The translations under genes were made by a program, and so were the position numbers. A stretch of 64,000 nt of DNA from Clytia hemisphaerica. Lineage: Eukaryota. The number at the start of each line of letters is the position of its first letter. Position 1 is the stretch's first letter. The stretch is taken from contig NW_027104472.1 of NCBI RefSeq assembly GCF_902728285.1, positions 1,063,681 through 1,127,680 on the forward strand, read 5' to 3'. The notes below the pieces were generated by a model. The model ran no database searches. It was not told the DNA's origin and saw only the letters and a list, made by a program, of their open reading frames with translations. This document shows positions 61,409 through 64,000 of the stretch, piece after piece.

Positions 61409-64000
61409 ATGACATTTTTTAAGCAGATAGTTTCCTTCCGGACATGTGGAATCATTTTATTGGTGTCTTTGGCAACAATGCTCCCCTTTGTTTACGGTAA
61501 GTTAAGATTATTCTTTCGCTTTAGACACACCCTTCACACAGACCCGGTATAATCTTTCCAGCCAGTGGGATTAAAAATAACGGATTGAAACTCGGTGGGA
61601 ATCGATACTATCATGAATTTTTATTGGCTCGAGATTGGTTTATTTGATTATTTTCAGTGGGGCAGTAACATTGGAGTATAATTTTCCACCGGGGCGATAT
61701 TTTGCCGGTTACGATATGTTGGTAAATTTTTACTAATGGAGAGGGGTCCCAGTGGGTCTGTGAGAAGGGGGTGTCTTTAGGGTTTAGAGTGGAGGGATAG
61801 TAGGAGCCACATAGGAATGTTAATGACAAGTTCCCTTACCCTTGCTGCCGGTAAAGCTAGAACTGGAAGAATTTACATCAAGGCTTCAACTATGACCCAC
61901 CGACACTTATTCTTAAAAAAAAAGTCAAAAGAAATTACCCATTACATCCCTTCAGAACTTTTGCAAATTCACACAAACTACGCTCTACAATTTGATACAC
62001 TTCCTTATTCGATGAAAATCCAGCAATTCCCCTGGAAAATCTAGAGGGTGTCAACTGTACCGGAAAAAAAATATAGGTAGTATTAGGCAGATACTGACAT
62101 TTGAAGATTTGCGGAATTTTTAACAAAGACACACGCACGCATAGGTATCATAAATTAATTTGATATATAGATATGATATACAGAAATATTTCATTGGAAT
62201 ATAAAGTTTCATAATCAAAACATTGCAAAAGCACATACTAAACCTGCTTTCGATATGAAACGTCAATAGTCATATCAATGGTATTAAATTTTTTTTGCCT
62301 CGGATTTCGATATAAGTTAAAAGTTTTCAGCTATATGGCTAAATTACCATAGGTGTAAGGTAATCATTCTTTGATGTTATGAGATTGTTCTGATCATGTT
62401 CTGATTTTAATTTTGAGTCTTTTTTAGAATGTTGGGGATCCAAAAATATTCTGTATAATTGACGTTTTCTTATTCGATTTCCAAAAGGAATTGAATTTTC
62501 AACGAATAAGGGAGCGTATCGAATAGTAGAGTGTCGTTTATGAGTGTTTCTAGTTGACGGTGCGGCTCTAGATATTATCGAATAATAGGCGTATCGAAGA
62601 GCAGAACATCGAATTGGAGAGCGTCCGTTTCTAAAATTTGCTGTCGAATTGAAAACAGTATTATTTTTACATAAGTGTTCCCATTTCATATCAGACACAT
62701 ATTTCATATCAGGACAGTGTCTCCCAATTGTTATACTGTGCTGATATAAGCAAAAAATGTTTTTCTTTTCCTCCTTCTGACCAATCTGTTCTATTACGCA
62801 AGTCTTGCACCCCTCTTGTCTACGCTTCTGTCCTCGGTAATCTTTAAAAGTTGAATTTTGAATTTCTATTACTTTATCCAAGTATTACTTAACCCAAATA
62901 TTAACAATTACCAAATGTTCCTTCACGCAACTACACAGGAGATGAATGCAATTTCGGAAAGATCAGTTCTGAATACCGGTGGAGACCATGTCCTTCAATA
63001 AATCGAACGACAGTAGAAGATTGCATCGAACAAAACTGTTGCTATAACAATACAATCAACTCTCAATTCAATTGTTGGAAGAAACAAAAAAGGTACACGT
63101 TTTTTTATAAGAACATCCAAAGTTTTTGAAGCCTTCGGATGTTCTTAACTTTTTTAGTTTTAAGCCTAAAAATGTTCTTAACATGTTCTTATTTTCACCG
63201 TTTTTAAGCATTTTTTGTCCATTTTCCTAATAAATCGGGTGTTTTAGGAGTCAGCAAAGTCTTAAAATGTGCATAACATTCTAGCCATCGAAGCCTCATG
63301 TTCTTATATAGTTTGCTCTCACATAAAAAAACATATATTACGTATACCTACACCGTATACGACACCTTTTCGACCGTAGTCACGCGGTCAGACGAGTGCT
63401 ATTTAATTATTTAACAATCCCCCTAAACTCGATCCAATCCTTTTTTAACACCTTTTTCTATTGTCTATAGGTGCAAAGAAAAACTGGGACGGTTTAAGGG
63501 TGATAAAACAGACGCAAAAATGCCCGCGTGGCAATTGGCGACTACGGTCTAAAAGGTGTATTCTTTCGACTTCAATTTCTTTAATACCAACTGTCTCTTC
63601 TTTATTATTTCAGTGAGGCAGGCATAAAAAATGGCACCTGCTTACCATACACCGGCACAGTATGCGCTGACAATTTCAACCAAAGCATGTTAACGAATAC
63701 ACGCAGATTATTTGATCGGAAATATCAAGTCAACGTTACCGATAGAATCATGATCAAACTTTTCGAGATTTTCCAAAAAATACGTATAGATGCCAAGTGT
63801 AAAAATCTCCTTGAATCTATAGCATGTCCCTTTGTTATGCCAGAGTGCACCTCTGACGACACATTTTTTGCACCGTGCCGAGAGGACTGCGAATATTTAT
63901 CAGCAAACTGTAATAAAGGCTCTCAAACAGCCTATGCACTTGGACAGATAGATTTGATTCTGTATAATGAAGGGTATGACTTTTACCATTTGAACCCGTC
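61409..64000 (+). CDS. 5' part of a secreted protein with a trefoil (P-type) domain followed by a Frizzled-type cysteine-rich domain (FZ CRD). Exons 61409-61496 (signal peptide), 62939-63092 (trefoil), 63614 to at least 63973. It continues beyond the window.
   Basis: Exon 1 is MTFFKQIVSFRTCGIILLVSLATMLPFVY then g|gtaagt. Exon 2 (phase 1) is GDECNFGKISSEYRWRPCPSINRTTVEDCIEQNCCYNNTINSQFNCWKKQK. This fits the trefoil pattern C-x10-R-x-x-C-x10-C-x4-C-C-[FY]-[DN]-x8-C-[WF]. Exon 3 (phase 2) is SEAGIKNGTCLPYTGTVCADNF...AKCKNLLESIACPFVMPECTSDDTFFAPCREDCEYLSANCNKG. This fits the FZ CRD spacing C-x8-C-x6-C and P-C-R-x-x-C-E-x5-C. Junction phases are consistent. Confidence 0.6.
61520..61790. mobile_element. 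Complete roughly 270-bp MITE of the CACCCCCTTCTCACAGACCC TIR family, in intron 1 of the trefoil/FZ gene. A related copy lies at 30670-30930.
   Basis: The ends are cacacccttcacacagacccggt ... cccagtgggtctgtgagaagggggtgtc. The internal sequence (ttggtttatttgattattttcagtgggg...aattttccac) is shared with the 30670-30930 copy. Confidence 0.65.
63094..63560. mobile_element. Two abutting short TIR elements. Family A (63094-63330) has copies at 28630-28822 and 57770-58045. Family B (63340-63560) is palindromic and has a copy at 58640-58810.
   Basis: Family A shares ...ataagaacat(c/t)caaa...gaagccttcggatgttcttaactttttgagtt...gtcttaaaatgt...catcgaagcct..cttatatagtt...aaaaaaacgtg. Family B has self-complementary ends ttttcgaccgtag...ctacggtc(t)aaaaggtg and an internal ggattggatcgagtttaggggga core. 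The 58640-58810 copy is in the opposite orientation. Confidence 0.55.

Noticed and set aside
62339-62881. 180-aa minus-strand ORF inside intron 1 of the trefoil/FZ gene.
   Set aside because: It overlaps a dispersed repeat (62660-62790, shared with 23790-23920) and has no domain similarity. It is likely spurious.
1-64000. Prokaryotic-style reading of the window (operons, Shine-Dalgarno sites, defence islands).
   Set aside because: Conserved protein domains are split into exons with GT-AG boundaries and consistent intron phases. The genes (GPCRs, DEG/ENaC, trefoil, Frizzled CRD, IF1) are eukaryote-specific. The repeat landscape is MITE/foldback-rich. A bacterial or phage annotation would be wrong.

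Overview
This window is eukaryotic (metazoan) nuclear DNA, not prokaryotic. It is AT-rich, its genes are split by GT-AG introns, and the introns are packed with MITE/foldback-type inverted-repeat elements, minisatellites and tandem segmental duplications. The gene content and repeat style suggest an invertebrate, possibly a cnidarian-like genome, but that is speculation. All coordinates are hand-counted and may be off by a few nucleotides.

Genes, in order:
- (a) A large plus-strand gene encodes a long WD40 array of about 20 repeats (TEP1/NWD1/APAF1-like). Eighteen phase-consistent exons run from 12852 to 32186 and include an RGG/RG-box insert. Upstream helical-domain exons at 390-3828 probably belong to the same gene.
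- (b) A DEG/ENaC sodium-channel gene lies at 6072-10472 on the plus strand. It has the HG motif, TM1, the FPAITVC motif, thumb cysteines, a G-A-S selectivity filter and TM2. It appears to sit inside the roughly 8.5 kb gap between the helical and WD40 exon blocks.
- (c) A decayed USP-type deubiquitinase pseudogene lies at about 34190-34740.
- (d) Three intronless class-A GPCR paralogues sit in tandem. One is disabled by a single in-frame TAA (43419-44366). One is a TM1-TM3 remnant (45057-45560) whose 3' half is replaced by an L1-type ORF1p-like retroelement fragment on the minus strand (45744-46818). One is intact (48518-49393).
- (e) An intronless histamine-N-methyltransferase-like SAM methyltransferase is on the minus strand at 49839-50822.
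- (f) A mitochondrial ATPase inhibitor IF1 homologue is on the minus strand at about 51324-52844, with a 26-nt micro-exon.
- (g) A two-exon serine carboxypeptidase (SCPEP1-like, S10 family) is on the plus strand at 58067-59867.
- (h) The 5' part of a secreted trefoil (P-domain) plus Frizzled-type CRD protein runs from 61409 to the window end.

Repeats include several MITE families with clear terminal inverted repeats (TIRs), three foldback-like elements including a 1.9 kb perfect palindrome built from minisatellites, a roughly 1 kb TIR element and a roughly 1.2 kb TIR element. There are also nested tandem duplications of 1.4 kb x2 and 0.8 kb x2, and a tandem triplication of an exon-end/donor-site module.
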